NCBI GenBank assembly: GCA_965219405.1
Contig: OZ244736.1
Location: 1,354,064-1,418,063, forward strand
Direction of reading: 5' to 3'
DNA: 64,000 nt
Origin: Dehalococcoidia bacterium
GTDB lineage: Bacteria; Chloroflexota; Dehalococcoidia; UBA6926
The notes beneath the pieces were generated by a model. The model did not search any database. It saw only the letters and a program-made list of their open reading frames with translations, and was not told where the DNA came from. A program made the position numbers and the translations under genes. Below, piece by piece: positions 49,995 to 60,432 of the stretch; the stretch's first letter is position 1, and each line of letters starts with the position of its first letter.

Positions 49995-50861
49995 CTAGCG
50001 GTTCTGCCAGTTGGGCGCGCGCTTCTCAGCGAAGGCGAGCGGGCCCTCCTTGGAGTCCTCGGAGCCGCCAACCTGCCTGTTGACCCAGCCGCTGAACTGG
50101 TAGTGCTCGTCGATGAACAGGTTGCGCCAGAACTGGGCAACGGCCTTGACGCCCTGGACGGCAATCGGCGCGTTCTCGGCGATCAACTTGGCGATCTCAA
50201 CGGCGCGCGGCAGGAGTTGATCCGGCTCGACGACCTCATGAACGAGGCCGATGCGCAGGCACTCTGCCGGTGAAATGCGATCCGCCGTGAGGCCGATGTA
50301 CATGGCTTCACCAACGGGAACGAGGCGCGGCATGAGGTGCATACCGGAGCCGGGCATGATTCCGCGCTTCACCTCAAACAGGCCCATGTAGGCCTCCGTG
50401 GAGATGATGCGGATATCGCAGTCGATTGCGCGCTCCGTGCCGCCGCCGACAGCGAGGCCGTTGATGGCCGCGATGAAGGGCTTGGGCGAGCGGGCGAACT
50501 GGAAGAGGGAGCCCGTGGGGCCGGCTCCGCCGCCGCCGGAGATCTGGAACAGGCGGCGCGCCCGCTCCTCGGCGTCGATTTCGCCCTTGTCGAATGCTTC
50601 ATTAACTTCAGAGGTGCGGGTGTTCCGATCCGACATCTCGCGCAGATCCGCGCCTGCGGAGAATGCGCGGCCGTTGCCGGTCACGATGCCGGCCCACATG
50701 TTGCGGTCGTTGTTGAAATCGTGGAGCGCAATTTGCAACTCCTCATTCATACTGCCGCCCATGGCGTTCAGCCGGTCAGGGCGGTTCATGGTAAACGTGG
50801 CGTAGTGTTCCGCCTCATTCTTCTCATACAACAGTTCAGGCATTTCTTCCCCTCCCACCAT
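49995..50861 (-). CDS. enoyl-CoA hydratase/isomerase (crotonase) family protein
   Basis: 288 aa, crotonase fold with oxyanion-hole region AFSAGADL. Confidence 0.75.
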   Translation of the reverse strand: MVGGEEMPELLYEKNEAEHYATFTMNRPDRLNAMGGSMNEELQIALHDFNNDRNMWAGIVTGNGRAFSAGADLREMSDRNTRTSEVNEAFDKGEIDAEERARRLFQISGGGGAGPTGSLFQFARSPKPFIAAINGLAVGGGTERAIDCDIRIISTEAYMGLFEVKRGIMPGSGMHLMPRLVPVGEAMYIGLTADRISPAECLRIGLVHEVVEPDQLLPRAVEIAKLIAENAPIAVQGVKAVAQFWRNLFIDEHYQFSGWVNRQVGGSEDSKEGPLAFAEKRAPNWQNR

Positions 50862-51099
50862 GCGGATAGTGCTGCTTAAGGCGGACTAAGCCTACGTTTT
50901 TGGCAGGTTTGATGTCAAGTTGACGGCGTGGGGGCGGGATAGAGTGGCTTTGACACGGTTCGCGCGTGACTGGTAGGGTGAGTCGGGCTTGGGTGAGCCC
51001 TTTAAATGGGGTATTGCATCGTTCCGCGGCAGGTGTTGCTTGTATGAAGAGCAGCGCCTTGCGTAGAGAACAGTCACGAAAACAGGGGGGAATAAAACC

Positions 51100-52236
51100 A
51101 TGCGCATGACACTTTCAGCCATCAAGGCGGACGTAGGCTCGATCGGCGGCCACACAAGGCCGACGGACGAGATGCTGGATAGGGTGCGTTCAGACGTGCA
51201 GGCGGCCATCGATCGGGGGCTGCTCATCGATGGCTACGTGTTCCACGTGGGCGATGACATCGCCATCATCATGTCCCATACCCGAGGCAAGGACGACACA
51301 GAGATTCACCAGTTTGCGTGGGATAGCTTCCTTGCGGCGACGGCCATCGCGCAGGAGTATGGCCTCTACGGGGCAGGGCAAGATCTGCTGGTGGACGCGC
51401 CCTCAGGCAACGTGCGCGGCGCAGGGCCCGGCGTGGCCGAAGTTGAGTTTGAGCACGATCCTGTCACGACCAACAACGCGCGTTCGGCGGAGTCGTTCAT
51501 GATCTTCGCAGCAGACAAGTGCGGGCCGGGCGCGTACAACCTGCCGCTGTTCCTCGGCTTTGCCGACCCGATGTACTGCGCGGGGCTGATGCTGCCGCGC
51601 ATGATCCAGGGTTTCGACTTCAACATCATTGATATGAACAACACGGGCGGGGACAGCATCCTGACGCTGCATGCGCCGGAGGACTACTACCAGCTCACAG
51701 TGCTGCTGCGCGATAACGAGCGTTTCGGTATCGAGAGCATCTCATCGCGGAGGTATGAGGGGCAGGACGCGGTGTCGATTTCCGCTCAGCGGCTGCATAA
51801 CATCGCCGGCACGTATACAGGCAAGGATGATCCCATCGCCATCGTTAGAAACCAGGGCATTTTCCCGGCGCCGGAGGAGGTTCTTTCGACGTTCACGAAG
51901 GCGCACTACATCGGCGGCGACGCGCGCGGCTCCCACAACATGCCGCTGATGCCGGTACCGATGAATACGCCGGTGACCGGACCGTACTGCCTGCCGATTG
52001 TCGAGGCGCTCGGCTTCTCCATGAGCGCGGCGGGCAAGTTCTCAGCCAACTATGTCGATTTCTTCGACAATCCCGCGTGGGACCTGGTGCGGAACAAGGC
52101 ACAGGAAAAGGCGCTGTACATGCGCGAACAGGGATGGTCCGGTCCGGCGATGCTGCCGTACACCGAGTTGGAGTACGGCGGTTTCCGCGACATCGTGACA
52201 GGCCTCGAGGAGCGCTTCGCGTTCAAGGCAGAATAG
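51100..52236 (+). CDS. fbp: fructose-1,6-bisphosphate aldolase/phosphatase (class V FBPase, archaeal type)
   Basis: 378 aa. N-terminal LSAIKADVGSIGGHT, about 370-380 aa length and overall conservation with bifunctional FBP aldolase/phosphatase. Confidence 0.8.
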   Translation: MRMTLSAIKADVGSIGGHTRPTDEMLDRVRSDVQAAIDRGLLIDGYVFHVGDDIAIIMSHTRGKDDTEIHQFAWDSFLAATAIAQEYGLYGAGQDLLVDAPSGNVRGAGPGVAEVEFEHDPVTTNNARSAESFMIFAADKCGPGAYNLPLFLGFADPMYCAGLMLPRMIQGFDFNIIDMNNTGGDSILTLHAPEDYYQLTVLLRDNERFGIESISSRRYEGQDAVSISAQRLHNIAGTYTGKDDPIAIVRNQGIFPAPEEVLSTFTKAHYIGGDARGSHNMPLMPVPMNTPVTGPYCLPIVEALGFSMSAAGKFSANYVDFFDNPAWDLVRNKAQEKALYMREQGWSGPAMLPYTELEYGGFRDIVTGLEERFAFKAE

Positions 52237-52351
52237 TTTTCTCGGCTCGCGATCAGCGTTGGTTGGCCTGGGTAGTTTGGCTTCCCGCGTTTCGGCGCCC
52301 GGGTATCCTTACGTCTTAGAGTTTCCGCGTTCGTAAGAATGACGGCTTAGG

Positions 52352-52975
52352 TTGCCTATGAAACTTCTTGTTGGCACGGGAAATCCCGGGAAGGTGCGGG
52401 AGTTCCGAGAGTTGCTGGACGGACTGCCCGTTGAACTTGTGACACCTGCGGATATCGGCCTCGATATTGAGGTGGAGGAGACGGGCGACACGCTGGACGA
52501 GAATGCGCTGATCAAGGCGCAGGCGTATGCGAACGCGGGCGGGGTACTGACGCTCGCCGATGATTCCGGCCTGTTTGTGGACGCGCTCGACGGCGCGCCC
52601 GGGGTGATCAGTGCAAGATACGGCGCTCCTGATGCCAAGACGGACGAGGACCGCGTTGAACTCTTGCTGCGCAACCTGGCAGATGTGCCGGAGGGGGAGC
52701 GTAATGCCGCGTTTCGATGCGTCATTGTGATTGCCGAGCCCGGCGTGGATACCGTTCGCATGGCCAAAGGAGAGCTGCGGGGTATAATTGGACAAACTCC
52801 GAGGGGGACGAACGGATTCGGATACGATCCGATATTTGTCGTGCCGGAGTATGGGAAGACGGTAGCCGAATTGGATTCAGATATAAAGAACGCACTCAGT
52901 CACCGCGGACGGGCGGCGCGCGCTGCTCGAGAGATCATCGCCGACATGGCCGCCGCGACGGCGGGAAACGCCTGA
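52352..52975 (+). CDS. rdgB: non-canonical purine NTP pyrophosphatase (RdgB/HAM1 family)
   Basis: 207 aa, LLVGTGNPGKVRE N-terminus. Confidence 0.8.
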   Translation: MPMKLLVGTGNPGKVREFRELLDGLPVELVTPADIGLDIEVEETGDTLDENALIKAQAYANAGGVLTLADDSGLFVDALDGAPGVISARYGAPDAKTDEDRVELLLRNLADVPEGERNAAFRCVIVIAEPGVDTVRMAKGELRGIIGQTPRGTNGFGYDPIFVVPEYGKTVAELDSDIKNALSHRGRAARAAREIIADMAAATAGNA

Positions 52976-52977
52976 GC

Positions 52978-54018
52978 ATGACCGTCGCCGCCCCCATAAG
53001 CCTCAAGGACGTGTTCGGACGCCTCCTGCAAGACCTCCGCATCTCCGTCACGGATCGGTGCAATTTCCGTTGCTCGTATTGCATGCCTGCTGAGATCTTT
53101 GGCGAGCGGTACGAGTTCCTGCCGCGTGATCAGATTCTCACCTTTGAGGAGATCGAGCGGCTGACGAGCATCTTTGCCGGTCTCGGCGTGACCAAGATTC
53201 GTGTGACGGGCGGTGAGCCTCTGCTTCGCAAGGACCTGCCGGAGCTGATTCGCATGCTTGCGGCTGTTGACGGTATCGAAGATCTTTCTCTGACGACGAA
53301 CGGATACCTGCTGCCGCCCATGGCCAAGGAGTTGCGGGAGGCGGGACTGCGTCGCGTCACCATCAGCCTGGACAGTCTGGATGATGAGACGTTCAAGCAG
53401 ATGAATGGCAGGGGATTCGGAGTCGATCGGGTGTTGGAGGCCATCGAGGCGGCGGAAGACGCGGGCCTCGGGCCCATCAAGATAAATAGCGTGGTGCAGC
53501 GCGGCATCAATGACAGTTTCGTGACCGACCTTGCCAAGTATTTCAAGGGCACGGACAAGATCGTGCGGTTCATCGAATACATGGATGTCGGCACAATCAA
53601 CGGCTGGAAACTGGAAGAGGTGGTGCCGAGCAGGGAACTTGCGGCGCGCATCAACGCGGAGAGCCCCATCATCCCAATCGACCGCAACTACAGAAGCGAG
53701 ACGTCCTCGCGCTATGCCTACGCGGACGGCACCGGCGAGATCGGGTTTATCTCGTCCGTCTCGGAGCCGTTCTGTGATGATTGCACACGCGCCCGCCTCT
53801 CCACGGACGGCAAGCTGTATACCTGCCTGTTCACGGGAGATGGCCATGATCTGCGGGGGCCGATGCGGGACGGTGCGACGGACGACGAGATTATTTCACT
53901 CATCACTGGCGTGTGGAAGCAGCGGACGGACCGCTACTCCGAGGAACGCACGAGCGAGACCACCACGCTAGCCGGAAAGAAGCCGGAGCGTGTGGAGATG
54001 TACCACATCGGCGGGTAA
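52978..54018 (+). CDS. moaA: GTP 3',8-cyclase (molybdenum cofactor biosynthesis protein A)
   Basis: About 346 aa from the ATG 4 nt after the rdgB stop. Radical-SAM CNFRCSYC, C-terminal second Fe-S cysteines (CDDCTRARLSTDGKLYTC). Confidence 0.85.
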   Translation: MTVAAPISLKDVFGRLLQDLRISVTDRCNFRCSYCMPAEIFGERYEFLPRDQILTFEEIERLTSIFAGLGVTKIRVTGGEPLLRKDLPELIRMLAAVDGIEDLSLTTNGYLLPPMAKELREAGLRRVTISLDSLDDETFKQMNGRGFGVDRVLEAIEAAEDAGLGPIKINSVVQRGINDSFVTDLAKYFKGTDKIVRFIEYMDVGTINGWKLEEVVPSRELAARINAESPIIPIDRNYRSETSSRYAYADGTGEIGFISSVSEPFCDDCTRARLSTDGKLYTCLFTGDGHDLRGPMRDGATDDEIISLITGVWKQRTDRYSEERTSETTTLAGKKPERVEMYHIGG

Positions 54019-54041
54019 GCGAGCCGCCGCCGTAAAATCCG

Positions 54042-54539
54042 ATGGCTGATCAGGATAATCCCGGGAGACTGTCTCACGTCGACCCGATGGCGGGGCCGCG
54101 AATGGTCGATGTTGGCGATAAGGACGTGACCCGGCGGGAGGCGGTTGCCCGGGGCAGGGTGGTCATGTCACCCGAAACGCTGAAGGCCATCCGCGAACAA
54201 GCGACACCAAAGGGTGACGTTCTGTCCGTCGCGCAGTTGGCAGGCGTTATGGCGGCCAAGCGCACCTCGGAACTGATACCGCTCTGTCACCCGCTACCAC
54301 TGTCGTTCGTGGGCGTTGAGGTGACGCCGGGAGAGGACGGGGCGAGCGTCGAAATTGAAGCAACCGTGCGAACGACGGGTCAGACGGGCGCTGAGATGGA
54401 GGCGTTGACGGCGGTGAGCGTCGCAGGACTCACGGTCTATGACATGTGCAAGGCCATCGACCGCGAGATGCACGTGGAAGCTGTGCGGCTGGTATCCAAG
54501 TCCGGCGGCCGGAGCGGGGACCTGAGGCTGGAGGAGTAG
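54042..54539 (+). CDS. moaC: cyclic pyranopterin monophosphate synthase MoaC
   Basis: 165 aa, MoaC fold motifs (..LIPLCHPL.., GVE..A). Confidence 0.8.
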   Translation: MADQDNPGRLSHVDPMAGPRMVDVGDKDVTRREAVARGRVVMSPETLKAIREQATPKGDVLSVAQLAGVMAAKRTSELIPLCHPLPLSFVGVEVTPGEDGASVEIEATVRTTGQTGAEMEALTAVSVAGLTVYDMCKAIDREMHVEAVRLVSKSGGRSGDLRLEE

Positions 54540-54547
54540 GGGCCTAA

Positions 54548-55429
54548 CTAGTCCTGGCTGCCGAGGAGGAAGCGGCGGGCGATGTTGGCGGTCTCGTCCG
54601 GGACCTGCATGTAAATGGCGTGGCCGACGTCCGGCATGACGAGGAATTCGCCGTGAGGCAGGGCTTCCGCGAGCGGTCTCTGATGTGATTCCAGCAGGTT
54701 GTTCTCCTCCGCCACGACGATGAGGATGGGCATGGTCAGTCGATCTGCGCCGTCGATGAGCATGAATTCGTCGGTCGCCATTTCATCCACGTTGTAGGAG
54801 TTGACGCTCCATGCTGCCTCCGCGCGGCCGTCCGGACGAACGATGGTTTCCTCATTCAGAACGTCGTCCAGCGCCTCCTGTGTCCAGACACTTGTCATGT
54901 TGTTGGATTCAAGGCGGCGCTTGAGGTCATCGAGTGAGCCCCAACTGTTGCGGCGGCCCGGGCCGGGCTTCTCTGTCAGGTCTTCATTGAGGATATTGAC
55001 GCGCACCCAATGGGCGGGACCTTCCGGCACCGGCTCCACCATCACCATGCCGAGCACGCGGTCCGGATGGTTGGTGGCATAAAGGCCGCTGATTGCGCCG
55101 CCATAGGAGTGGGACATGATGTAGTGGGGCGGGAGGTCGAGTTCTTCAACGATGCCAGCCATGTCTTGAGCGCCCTCGGCAGCGCGATAGCCGGTTAGCG
55201 GCCCGTCCGACTCACCGTGGCCGCGGGTGTCCAATGCGATGACGCGAAAATCGTTGCGAAGCCGCCGCGCGACGGCGTTCCAACTGCGTCCGGTTCGCCG
55301 CCCGCCGTGGACGAGCAGCAGCGGGGTCTTGTCGCCGCCCCAATCGAGCGCGTGAAAGGTCACTCCCTCAACGGTGACGAACAGGCTAGTGCGCCCTTCG
55401 GATTGCTCGCGTGTGATGACTTCAGGCAC
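54548..55429 (-). CDS. alpha/beta hydrolase fold protein
   Basis: 293 aa. LLLVHGG, nucleophile elbow SHSYGG. Confidence 0.7.
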   Translation of the reverse strand: MPEVITREQSEGRTSLFVTVEGVTFHALDWGGDKTPLLLVHGGRRTGRSWNAVARRLRNDFRVIALDTRGHGESDGPLTGYRAAEGAQDMAGIVEELDLPPHYIMSHSYGGAISGLYATNHPDRVLGMVMVEPVPEGPAHWVRVNILNEDLTEKPGPGRRNSWGSLDDLKRRLESNNMTSVWTQEALDDVLNEETIVRPDGRAEAAWSVNSYNVDEMATDEFMLIDGADRLTMPILIVVAEENNLLESHQRPLAEALPHGEFLVMPDVGHAIYMQVPDETANIARRFLLGSQD

Positions 55430-55474
55430 AGAACCTCCCAGTGTGACTCTTGTGGATTGCCTTAGGGCAGGGGG

Positions 55475-56002
55475 TTAGGCGGGATACCACTGACGCCTTT
55501 CCAGCATCCCTTTGAGGTAGGCCATCTCGCCCGCGTGCATTGAGCAATCATGCATGACGCTGACGAGACGGACGCCGACGGTGGGCATTGGGTCCCACCG
55601 CGGCTCGTTCAGGACGCGGTCGAGCGCCTCGGGCGTGATGGTTTTCAGGTATTCCTGCGTGCGGGCGTAGACGGCGTCGTAGTAGTCGATGATGACTGAC
55701 GCCTCCGGCGATTGAAACGCCCGAACCTCGTCCATGGAGTGGCCCACGCCGTTATTCTCCGGGTCGGCGGGCATGTTGAAGCGCTCATGCCATCCCTCTT
55801 CAATCCAGGCCTGTTCGCGCCCGGAGAGGCCGCATATCTGATGATCCTGCACGCGGGTCAGGTGCCAGCCGTTCCATCCAAGCGGGTTCGATTGCTCGTC
55901 CGGCTGCTTCATCAGCTGCTCGACGGTCAGCCCCTCAATGCACCTGGCGAGCAAGCCACGCACACGGCCAAAGTGATCGATTGCCATGTCTCCGATGTTC
56001 AT
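55475..56002 (-). CDS. DinB/YfiT-like (DinB_2) family protein
   Basis: 175 aa, four-helix bundle His pattern (W..H....H....H). Weak family-level call. Confidence 0.45.
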   Translation of the reverse strand: MNIGDMAIDHFGRVRGLLARCIEGLTVEQLMKQPDEQSNPLGWNGWHLTRVQDHQICGLSGREQAWIEEGWHERFNMPADPENNGVGHSMDEVRAFQSPEASVIIDYYDAVYARTQEYLKTITPEALDRVLNEPRWDPMPTVGVRLVSVMHDCSMHAGEMAYLKGMLERRQWYPA

Positions 56003-56044
56003 CCGCTTACTCCGTCTTTCGCGTCTTTTCTCGGTCGCTTCCGT

Positions 56045-56830
56045 TTAGACCTTCTGGTGTTGGGTTGTGTACCAGGGCAGGCCGTTGACCATTTCGATCT
56101 TGTAGTCGGAGAAGAGGACCGGATACCGATCCTGGACAATCTCGCCAATCTTGGAGAAGACAACGCGGATTTCCTCCTCCGAACTGGGATCCGTGCGCGC
56201 CTCAAGGATGTGACGGAGGGCGCGGATATTTGTGCTCCAGCCGATGCTCGTAGAGACGCCGATGGGGGCGATACGACGCATGGCGGAGGTGATTTCCTTC
56301 TTGCGTGAGAATTGCGCGCCGTCCTCATCCAACTGATAGTGTTCCGCCATCATCTTCTGCAACTCTTCCAGCTTCCGGAAGGTATCGACAAAGACCTCCA
56401 TGATGTGCTCATCCTCGCGGACTGCCGTGGGGGCCCACATGCCGAGGTCATCCAGGCGAACGAACCGCAGGCTCTCCTGCGAGATGGCGGTGCCGGCCCG
56501 GTGCCGGACGAGTTCATGGGTGAAGACGCGACTGACGCCGGTGATGGCAAAGTTGAGGACGCTGTGCTCCAGGACGGAGCCGTGACCCGTGGCGATGATG
56601 TTCTTAAGGTGGGCGGCGTTATTTGGGCGGACGCGGGTGACGTTAGGGTTGAGGCCGGGTTCAAAACTGCGGTAGCAGAGGCGTCCCATGAATTCGGCGA
56701 GGCCTTCGACATCTGTGGCGGCGTCCGTGGACCAATCCGGGGCACCGACGTGTTCCAGGTAGGCGCTCAGCCCCTCGGGAATGATCCTGGTTTCTCCGAC
56801 CAGAAAAACGTGCGGCTCAACGCCGTGCAT
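56045..56830 (-). CDS. thyX: FAD-dependent thymidylate synthase
   Basis: 261 aa. ThyX signature RHR..(x7)S in ELVRHRAGTAISQESLRF. Confidence 0.8.
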   Translation of the reverse strand: MHGVEPHVFLVGETRIIPEGLSAYLEHVGAPDWSTDAATDVEGLAEFMGRLCYRSFEPGLNPNVTRVRPNNAAHLKNIIATGHGSVLEHSVLNFAITGVSRVFTHELVRHRAGTAISQESLRFVRLDDLGMWAPTAVREDEHIMEVFVDTFRKLEELQKMMAEHYQLDEDGAQFSRKKEITSAMRRIAPIGVSTSIGWSTNIRALRHILEARTDPSSEEEIRVVFSKIGEIVQDRYPVLFSDYKIEMVNGLPWYTTQHQKV

Positions 56831-57008
56831 CGTGCCCTCCAGATAAGTGGATCGTTACTCAAAACTGTAGCACGGGTGCGCGATTGGGGTGGGGCGGGGG
56901 CGGTGGAAACTTTACCGCCGTCATACATGACCTTAACGGCGATTTAACCCCGAAAGGCTGATACTATGGCAGAGTGGTTATGTGGAAAACGAATATCATA
57001 CCTCCACG

Positions 57009-57734
57009 ATGGACTATCCAAGGGCGATAAAGACGGTCGCTCACAGGGGCGCGATGGCTTTGGCGCCCGAGAATTCTCTTCTCGCTTTCACAAAGGCCGC
57101 CGAGCTGGGCATTGATTCTATCGAGACCGATGTCCGCCTGAGCGCGGACGGGCTGCCGGCCATCATCCACGACCCGACGTTGACGCGGACGCACGGGCAT
57201 AAGGTCCATGTCGGCACAACGACGATGGCGGAACTGCAGAGGCTGGGCGTGCCGTCCCTCTCTACCATGCTGGACAGCTTTGCCGTCGACTTTGACGTGA
57301 TTATCGACCTCAAGGAAAAGAGTGCCAAGCTCGCGGAATCCGTGGGGCGCGCAGTTGCGGTGTCCGACCGAGCCGCCCGCTGCTTCGTGACGGGATCTGA
57401 CCTCAATCTGCTGCGGCGCGCGCAGGCGCTTGCCGAGGGACTGCGGCTGAGTTGGACCATCGGGGCGCGCCACGGGACGCTGACACCTGCCGCTGTAGTG
57501 GAAGCCGCCGTTGCAGGGGTGTCTGAGTTGGCGGTGCATGCGCCGGAAGTGAGCGCAGAGTTGGTGGCACAGGCCAGGTCGCTGGGCATTGATGTGCGGG
57601 CATACGGGATCAAGACGCCGGCCATCGCGCGGCAACTCGTTGAGTTGGGCTGCACGACGCTGACGCTGGATGACCCGCGCTGGGCGATGGAGCCCATGCT
57701 GCTTTCGCTGTCCCCGCTCACTGCAACGACGTAG
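57009..57734 (+). CDS. glycerophosphodiester phosphodiesterase family protein
   Basis: VAHRGA..PENS and IETDV GDPD motifs. ATG 57009 preferred over GTG 56982. Confidence 0.7.
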   Translation: MDYPRAIKTVAHRGAMALAPENSLLAFTKAAELGIDSIETDVRLSADGLPAIIHDPTLTRTHGHKVHVGTTTMAELQRLGVPSLSTMLDSFAVDFDVIIDLKEKSAKLAESVGRAVAVSDRAARCFVTGSDLNLLRRAQALAEGLRLSWTIGARHGTLTPAAVVEAAVAGVSELAVHAPEVSAELVAQARSLGIDVRAYGIKTPAIARQLVELGCTTLTLDDPRWAMEPMLLSLSPLTATT

Positions 57735-57769
57735 TTTTCCTTCCCCGGCACGTCTCACTTTCTCACGCG

Positions 57770-58747
57770 ATGCCTATACTGGCATCGATGGTAATGGATG
57801 AACCTTTCTATTCGGCGGAGCTTATGAACGGCGCTCCGGCCCTTGAGGCGCGCAGGCTGAGCAAGCAATTTGGCGGCAAAGACGTCGTCCGTGGCGTCTC
57901 TCTGCGCGTGGACCCCGGCGAGGTCGTGGGACTCGTCGGGCCGAACGGCGCGGGCAAAACGACCACGATTCGGATGATGCTCGGAATCCTTGCGCCTGAT
58001 GAGGGCGAGGCACGGGCCTTGGGCGGGCCGCTTACCGAGGAGACCCAGGAACGCATCGGCTACCTCCCGGAGGAGCGAGGCCTGTATGAGGGACTCCGGC
58101 TCACTGTTGTCCTGTCGTACGTGGGGCAACTCAAGGGACTCAGCCGCCGCGAATCCGCGATTCGCGCCGGTGAGATGCTGAATGCCGTTGGCATGTCAGA
58201 GCACGCCCATAAGAAAGTGCGCGAGCTAAGCCGCGGCATGACGCAGCTGGTGCAATTCGCGGCGACGCTTCTGCACAGGCCGGACATCCTCGTGCTGGAT
58301 GAACCGTTCTCCGGGCTCGATCCCGTCAACGCTCGCCGCATGAAGGAGCTTGTGCTGGAAGAAAAAGAACGCGGCGCGGCTATCATCTTCTCCACCCACC
58401 GGATGAGTGATGTTGAGGAGCTTTCGGATCGCGTGTTGATGATTGATGGCGGCGAAGTGGCGCTGGAGGGCGCGCCGTCAGAGTTGCGCCGACGCTATCG
58501 CGGCGACACCGTGCGCATCGAATCGCCGGACGTTCTGCCTGATTCCATCGCCGGGACAATGATTCTTGATCGTTCCGGAGAATCCACCACGTTCCGTCTC
58601 GACGACGGAACGACGGCGGAGCAGATCCTCGCGCACCTGCTGGACGCCAGCGTGCGGATAGAACGGTTTGAGGTCGCACTGCCAAGTCTGGAAGACATCT
58701 TCATTCGAGAAGTGCAGGGGCGGCGGGGCGCAGGGGGAGGCTTGTGA
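57770..58747 (+). CDS. ABC transporter ATP-binding protein (ABC-2 type)
   Basis: Walker A GPNGAGKTT, signature LSRGMTQ, Walker B ILVLDEP. Confidence 0.8.
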   Translation: MPILASMVMDEPFYSAELMNGAPALEARRLSKQFGGKDVVRGVSLRVDPGEVVGLVGPNGAGKTTTIRMMLGILAPDEGEARALGGPLTEETQERIGYLPEERGLYEGLRLTVVLSYVGQLKGLSRRESAIRAGEMLNAVGMSEHAHKKVRELSRGMTQLVQFAATLLHRPDILVLDEPFSGLDPVNARRMKELVLEEKERGAAIIFSTHRMSDVEELSDRVLMIDGGEVALEGAPSELRRRYRGDTVRIESPDVLPDSIAGTMILDRSGESTTFRLDDGTTAEQILAHLLDASVRIERFEVALPSLEDIFIREVQGRRGAGGGL

Positions 58748-59979
58748 ACAAGTCCCTCATCGTTGCCCGGCACGAACTGATGACGATGCTGTCCCGCACG
58801 AGTTTCCGTGTCATGACGGCACTGGTGCCTATCGCCATGATTATCTTGCTGGCGGGCGTGGGCGCGTACTTCTATTTCTCCGCAGACGACGGTACTGCGC
58901 CCGACGCGCGGACGGTCGGCTACGTGGATACTGCGGACGTTGTTACCCGCAATGAGCAATTGGGAATGACGACGTTTACGCCTTACGCCAATGAGATTGT
59001 CGCGCGAGCGGCAGTGGTGGCGGGAGATGTGGACGCAGTCTACGTTATCCTGCCGACCTATCTGCAGACAGGCACAGTCCGTGAAATCACACGGGGTGGG
59101 GGCGGATTGGGGTTTGAGACCGGGGGCAGCAGGTCCGCCTTCCGTGATTTTCTGCGGGCGAATCTCGTTGCCGAGATGGAGAATGACGCCCGCGCCGGGC
59201 GCGTCATTGCTCCGGCGTTCTTTCAGACCGTAGAAGTTGATGAGGAAGGTGGCGCTGTCGCTGACGATTTCGACCCCTCAACCCTCATCTTCTTCATGGC
59301 TATGGCATTTGCCATCATCTTTTCGATACTCACTATCACCGGCTATCTCCTCCAGGGTTTGAATGAGGAGAAGGAGAACCGCGTGATGGAGATTCTGCTG
59401 TCCACCGTCAGCCCGGACCAGCTGATGCTGGGCAAACTGCTTGGGTTGGGCGCGGCGGGCATCGTTCAGATGGCGGTGTGGGGAGGATCGCTCGTCGGGC
59501 TTCTCTTTGGCCTGGCGCAATTCGTGGATGATATTCCCGCCTTTGCGCTTCCACCTCTGCCTCTCATCATCGTGGCGGTTGCGTACTTCCTGCTCGGCTA
59601 TGCGTTCTTCGCGGCACTGATGGCGGCGCTTGGGGCGGTTACAACGTCGCAGCGGGAGTCCCAGCAACTGACGGTCATCGTTATCCTGCCGGCCATCGCG
59701 CCGTTCTGGTTTTCATTTGCTGTTCTTGAGGACGCCGACGGCCTGCTTCCCCAGATCATGACGTACGTGCCGTTCACCGCGCCGACGATGTCGCTGGCGC
59801 GGCTGGCGCTGGATGGCATGGGGCCGGTTGAGATCGCGGCGAGCCTGCTCGTTCTGGCGTTCTCAGTGTTCGTGGCCGTCAAGATAGCCCAACGGCTTTT
59901 TCGCAGCTACTTGTTGGTGTATGGACACCGGCCGCCGCTCGGGCAGCTGCTGCGAACCATGGTCACCGGACGGGTATAG
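58744..59979 (+). CDS. ABC-2 family transporter permease
   Basis: 411 aa. N-terminal TM, large extracytoplasmic loop, 5 C-terminal TM helices. 4-nt overlap with the ATPase gene. Confidence 0.65.
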   Translation: MNKSLIVARHELMTMLSRTSFRVMTALVPIAMIILLAGVGAYFYFSADDGTAPDARTVGYVDTADVVTRNEQLGMTTFTPYANEIVARAAVVAGDVDAVYVILPTYLQTGTVREITRGGGGLGFETGGSRSAFRDFLRANLVAEMENDARAGRVIAPAFFQTVEVDEEGGAVADDFDPSTLIFFMAMAFAIIFSILTITGYLLQGLNEEKENRVMEILLSTVSPDQLMLGKLLGLGAAGIVQMAVWGGSLVGLLFGLAQFVDDIPAFALPPLPLIIVAVAYFLLGYAFFAALMAALGAVTTSQRESQQLTVIVILPAIAPFWFSFAVLEDADGLLPQIMTYVPFTAPTMSLARLALDGMGPVEIAASLLVLAFSVFVAVKIAQRLFRSYLLVYGHRPPLGQLLRTMVTGRV

Positions 59980-60003
59980 GCGTTTTTCGCGAGGTTTTCG
60001 GCG

Positions 60004-60432
60004 TTATTCCTGTCCGCCGCTGCGGAGGAGGCGTTCCCCGATGATAAGGCCAAGTACGACGTAAATGGCGTCCACCAACGGGAAGTAGATGGTGTGAGAC
60101 GTTGCCGCGTCGCCGGTCTCGCTGCTCGTGTCCAGAAGCCAGAAGTACTGCCAGAAGAACAGCATCACGAGGACGACGGAGCCGTAGAAGAGGCCGTTGG
60201 CGATGGCGCAGGTGTAGTTGTCCGTCGCCTTCGGGTCGAGCTGCCATCGATAGAGAAACGTCAGCACGACCATGAGGATTGCGCCGAGGGCCATGAAGTA
60301 ATTGAGAATCTCCCAGATTGGATAATCGGGCGAGCCGTCGTGGATCAGAGGCGTGATGATGAGCAACAGGGCGACGGCTATTCCGGTCAGCAGGAGATAG
60401 GCCCCAAACAGGCGGGTGAGTATCTGTGCCAT
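60004..60432 (-). CDS. hypothetical integral membrane protein
   Basis: About 142 aa, 4 predicted TM helices. Last gene of a minus-strand MMPL-MpaB cluster. Confidence 0.4.
   Translation of the reverse strand: MAQILTRLFGAYLLLTGIAVALLLIITPLIHDGSPDYPIWEILNYFMALGAILMVVLTFLYRWQLDPKATDNYTCAIANGLFYGSVVLVMLFFWQYFWLLDTSSETGDAATSHTIYFPLVDAIYVVLGLIIGERLLRSGGQE

Noticed and set aside
49910-50164. N-terminal 85-codon extension of the amino-acid SBP ORF (MPSRASRPLPSSGATCSS...)
   Set aside because: Low-complexity S/T/R-rich, not coding-like, and it runs through a strong terminator hairpin. The ATG at 49909 gives a normal signal peptide and lipobox.
52717-52977. Upstream extension of the moaA ORF overlapping rdgB
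   Set aside because: Out-of-frame overlap with a well-supported rdgB. The ATG 4 nt after the rdgB stop gives a canonical MoaA N-terminus.
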